DNA of 63,681 bases, filler included. It is 4 parts of 4 records of this genome, joined end to end, with 100 filler letters (N's around TTAATTAATTAA, not from the genome) between each part and the next. Parts side by side here need not be neighbours in the genome. Positions count along the whole stretch, not along the records: positions 36,697 to 63,681 come from SRR20825010_962; 3 more parts are not named here. The stretch is one strand, 5' to 3'. The first letter of the stretch is position 1. Every line of letters begins with the position of its first letter. The position numbers were made by a program, and so were the translations under genes. Shown one piece after another: positions 60,573 to 63,681 of the stretch. The notes below the pieces were generated by a model, which saw nothing but the letters and a program-made list of their open reading frames with translations, made no database searches and was not told where the DNA came from.

Positions 60573-62867
60573 TCAGTTATCGCGTTTTCGCGCCGGAGCG
60601 TCGTTTCGCGTTTGTTTCAATGTCTTCGTGAAAAATGTGTCAGCGACTTCAATTGCCTCGTCGAACCACACTTGCGTCGTCAGGAACGCGTGGGGAGCGT
60701 CCTTGATGACAGTTAGCCCCGAATGAATGTCTAGCGTTTGAAAACGTTCACGAAACTGATCGGCGTGAGTGCTGGGATCGTCATTTTCACCTGTGATGAT
60801 CCAGCAGGGTGGATCGGTCTGATCGACGTGAACCAGCGGTGAGGCGATTCGATAGGTCTGAGGCTTTTCTGCCTGTGAACCGCCCAGGAACTGTTGCCAG
60901 ATCTCCTTCTGACTCGAAATCTCACGATTGCGTTCGGACAGAAAATCAGTTTGTCCGCCCATCGAAATGGCCGCTTGAATGGCACTGCTCACTTCTGCGT
61001 TGCCACCTTTACCCTCGAGTTCCTGCACACCCGCCGACATAGCCAGCAACGCTGCGAGATGACCGCCCGCGGAGTGGCCAATCGCGCCGATCTTCCCCGG
61101 GTCGATGCCAAAGTCGCTGGCGTTCGCTCGAAGAAATCTTACGGCGGCCTTGCAGTCATGAATGTGTGCCGGGAACGGAGCCTCTCCACTGAGGCGATAG
61201 TCAATCGAGGCTGTCACGAAACCCTTCGCGGCCAAAGCCTGTGCGACGTTGCGGAAGTGAGTTTTCTGGCCTTTACTCCAGCCGCCACCGTGAATGCACA
61301 CGAGGGCAGGCAGCGATCGCCAATCGTCCTTTGGGCGGTAGATATCCAGTTCGAGTGTGCGGTCGCCGTAGCGCGCGAAGGTCACGTCTAGCTTGCTATG
61401 CAGTCGATCGATGATTTCCGCTGGAATCTCGGTTTTGCCGTCAGCTCGACGAGGCGTCACCTGTCCGGCCGCTCGGGCATCAAGCCGCATCTCTTCCTGA
61501 AACAGGATCGCCATGCCGCGCAACTTACGAATCACATCGCCATTGCGAACAAGAGTCGATTCGCCCGGGTCTTTCGACAGGTCGTATAGTTGAAGGCTTG
61601 GATTCAAATAGAGCTTCCAGTGTTTCCAACGCACCGCCGCCAGCGCTCCCTGACTGCCGTGGTAGAAGAACGCGTCGTTGTACTCCCATCGCTCAATCAG
61701 CGGCTCCCATTCCCCAGGCGGATCCCAGCGACGACGCAAGGGCACTTTTGCATTCAGTGATTTGTCCAGCCCCGGGGCCGGAACAAACGCTGAGTCTCCT
61801 TTCAGTAATGGACTCATGTCGCGACCGTCGATCACAGGACCTTCTGGAATCTCGATTCCGGCCAGCGTCGCAAGGGTCGGATACCAGTCCATTGCACGTA
61901 CCACCGCCGCAGATGACTTGCCCCTTTGCAACCCGAGCCCGGGCCCCCATGCGATTGCTGGAACGCGAATGCCGCCTTCGTACGTTGAAAGCTTGCGTCC
62001 ACGAATCTTCTGCTCCGGCGAACGACCAGGACCACGGCCATTATCCGAAGCGTAAATGACGATCGTGTTGTCACTTATGCCCAAACGCTCCAAGGAATCG
62101 AACAGGCGACCGACGTTGTGGTCAAGTTCCTGAATTGCGTCGCCGTATTCCCCCCATCTCGAAGTTCCTTTGAACCCTTCGCTCACGCCAAGCGGATTGT
62201 GCAACATGGTGTGTGGCAGATAGAGGAAAAACGGTTTCTCCACGTTCTTCTTCATAAAGGCGATGGCTTCGTCCGTGTAGAGCTTCGTCAATTCCGAAGG
62301 ATCGGCGGGACGCTTAACGACCATCTCATTCCGCATCAGGGGAACGCCCTTGTCCCCGAAATAGACGACTTCAACCGGGTCCAGATTGTGCAGCAAACCA
62401 AAGTAGTGACCGAATCCCTGGTTGCGTGGGAGGAACGGTTCCTGGAATCCCAGATGCCATTTGCCGATACACGCCGTCGCGTAACCGTTCTGTTGGAACA
62501 ACTCCGCAATCGTTAGTTCGTCTGGATGGATTCCAGATGCCGAGTCCGCGCGATGCACCCAGATATGGTTGCCGACTCGTCGCGGGTAACACCCCGTCAA
62601 CAGACCGGCCCGCGAAGGACTGCAAATGGGAGCAGCCGCGTAGTAATCCGTGAAGCGGATTCCCTCATCGGCCATCGCGTCAATCCGCGGCGTCTTGACC
62701 TCGGTCGCGCCATAACATCCGAGATCGTAGTAGCCCTGGTCGTCGACGAAGATGAAGACGATATTCGGTGGCGACTCTGATGCGACCAGCAGCCTGCTCA
62801 CGCTGACACAGAGTATCAACGCTGGCAGCGTCACACGAAGAAGTGGTTGGTGGATGAGTTGAGTCAT
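60573..62867 (-). CDS. Sulfatase + alpha/beta-hydrolase (esterase) fusion
   Basis: N-half: DDQG, CSPSR, GKWHLG. C-half: HGGGW, DYRL, GHSAGG, D..H. Confidence 0.9.
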   Translation of the reverse strand: MTQLIHQPLLRVTLPALILCVSVSRLLVASESPPNIVFIFVDDQGYYDLGCYGATEVKTPRIDAMADEGIRFTDYYAAAPICSPSRAGLLTGCYPRRVGNHIWVHRADSASGIHPDELTIAELFQQNGYATACIGKWHLGFQEPFLPRNQGFGHYFGLLHNLDPVEVVYFGDKGVPLMRNEMVVKRPADPSELTKLYTDEAIAFMKKNVEKPFFLYLPHTMLHNPLGVSEGFKGTSRWGEYGDAIQELDHNVGRLFDSLERLGISDNTIVIYASDNGRGPGRSPEQKIRGRKLSTYEGGIRVPAIAWGPGLGLQRGKSSAAVVRAMDWYPTLATLAGIEIPEGPVIDGRDMSPLLKGDSAFVPAPGLDKSLNAKVPLRRRWDPPGEWEPLIERWEYNDAFFYHGSQGALAAVRWKHWKLYLNPSLQLYDLSKDPGESTLVRNGDVIRKLRGMAILFQEEMRLDARAAGQVTPRRADGKTEIPAEIIDRLHSKLDVTFARYGDRTLELDIYRPKDDWRSLPALVCIHGGGWSKGQKTHFRNVAQALAAKGFVTASIDYRLSGEAPFPAHIHDCKAAVRFLRANASDFGIDPGKIGAIGHSAGGHLAALLAMSAGVQELEGKGGNAEVSSAIQAAISMGGQTDFLSERNREISSQKEIWQQFLGGSQAEKPQTYRIASPLVHVDQTDPPCWIITGENDDPSTHADQFRERFQTLDIHSGLTVIKDAPHAFLTTQVWFDEAIEVADTFFTKTLKQTRNDAPARKRDN

Positions 62868-63681
62868 TTCAGTCTTGTTTGGCGGAGGCTGTCAGCGTTG
62901 TTCTTTTTTGCGGGAGCTGGCACGTCTGGGAGTCTGCCAATCGGTCGGCTGTTGGCTTTCAGTTCCCTGACCGCGGCGTCCATCCGACGTCGAAGGTCGA
63001 GTACGACTTCGGGATAGTCGGCTGAGACATCGTGCGTTTCACCCGGATCGATCTGCAGATTGAAAAGCGATCCTGCGGAAGCCGCCGGTCGTTTTCCCTC
63101 GCGACCGCTCTTACCGCCCGGCTTCAAGTCGCGAACAAGCAGTTTCCAGCGACCGTGACGAATCACCGAACTGGGCACGATAAATGTTTCGTGGATCGGC
63201 TTCGTAACCTTCTCGCCCTTCATGTACGGCAGAATGTTACGCCCGTCGATCACGCGGTCGCCCGGCGAGTCGACTCCAGCGATTGAACAAAACGTCGGCA
63301 GCAGATCCACGATTCCGGTGATCTGACTGGTCGTCGAATCGGGCTCAATCATACCCGGCCAGCGCATGATGCATGGGACACGTATGCCGCCCTCAAAGTC
63401 GGTCCATTTGCCATCGCGAAACGGGCCAGCATCACCGCCGTTCATCCCGAGTACCGGGCCGTTGTCCGACGCGAAGATAAACAGAGTGTTTTCCGCGACG
63501 CCCTGTTCGTCGAGAACTGTCATAAGTTCACCGACCTGCCAGTCGATTTCCCGAATCACATCACCGTACGTGCCTCTCCGCGATGTTCCTTTGAAACGCT
63601 CGTTCGGAATCCACGGTGTGTGCGGCAACGGAGAGGCGTAGTAAAGAAAGAAGGTCCATCTGGGACCTCTGTGGGTCGGTT
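62864..63681 (-). CDS. S1 sulfatase (5' part outside window)
   Basis: PFFLYYASPLPHTP, YGDVIREID, SDNGP, EGGIRVP. Confidence 0.88.
   Translation of the reverse strand, partial: PTHRGPRWTFFLYYASPLPHTPWIPNERFKGTSRRGTYGDVIREIDWQVGELMTVLDEQGVAENTLFIFASDNGPVLGMNGGDAGPFRDGKWTDFEGGIRVPCIMRWPGMIEPDSTTSQITGIVDLLPTFCSIAGVDSPGDRVIDGRNILPYMKGEKVTKPIHETFIVPSSVIRHGRWKLLVRDLKPGGKSGREGKRPAASAGSLFNLQIDPGETHDVSADYPEVVLDLRRRMDAAVRELKANSRPIGRLPDVPAPAKKNNADSLRQTRLK

Overview
The window is not one locus. It is four unrelated contigs joined by artificial N44-TTAATTAATTAA-N44 spacers (11977-12076, 27639-27738, 36597-36696). Taxonomic labels below are inferred from gene content. (1) 1-11976, rhizobial-type alphaproteobacterium: MFS/AraC pair, DUF1810 pseudogene, VOC protein, smc, a decayed dsbA copy, dsbA, DUF721/DciA, mutY, HAD, ccrM, VWA protein. 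(2) 12077-27638, another alphaproteobacterium: amidohydrolase-PaiB-aminotransferase-gabD-two-porin cluster, a GntR(YtrA)-ABC operon with an unusual ~370-nt U-poor structured leader and a 43-aa ORF, a sensorless MCP, arsR-arsI/cadI, cupin, rlmB, tRNA-Tyr and part of tRNA-Gly. (3) 27739-36596, betaproteobacterium (Burkholderiales-like): murF-murE-ftsI-ftsL-rsmH-mraZ, rnpB, DUF3025, pyrC, glycerate kinase. (4) 36697-63681, planctomycete (Rhodopirellula-like) glycan/sulfatase region: CE15-GH10-SGNH multi-enzyme, DUF1501/PSD1 cytochrome pair, ECF sigma/FecR-LamG, BNR protein, DUF1552/DUF1592 pair, five sulfatases, DUF1080 and a Gfo/Idh/MocA protein. The two best leads are these. (a) A stop-codon-free 25-bp GTAC-REP palindrome occurs as six inverted pairs around an internally deleted RAYT-like transposase, and four pairs are translated in frame inside open genes. 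(b) The modular U-poor RNA with four AGCGAGGA linkers upstream of the YtrA-type operon.
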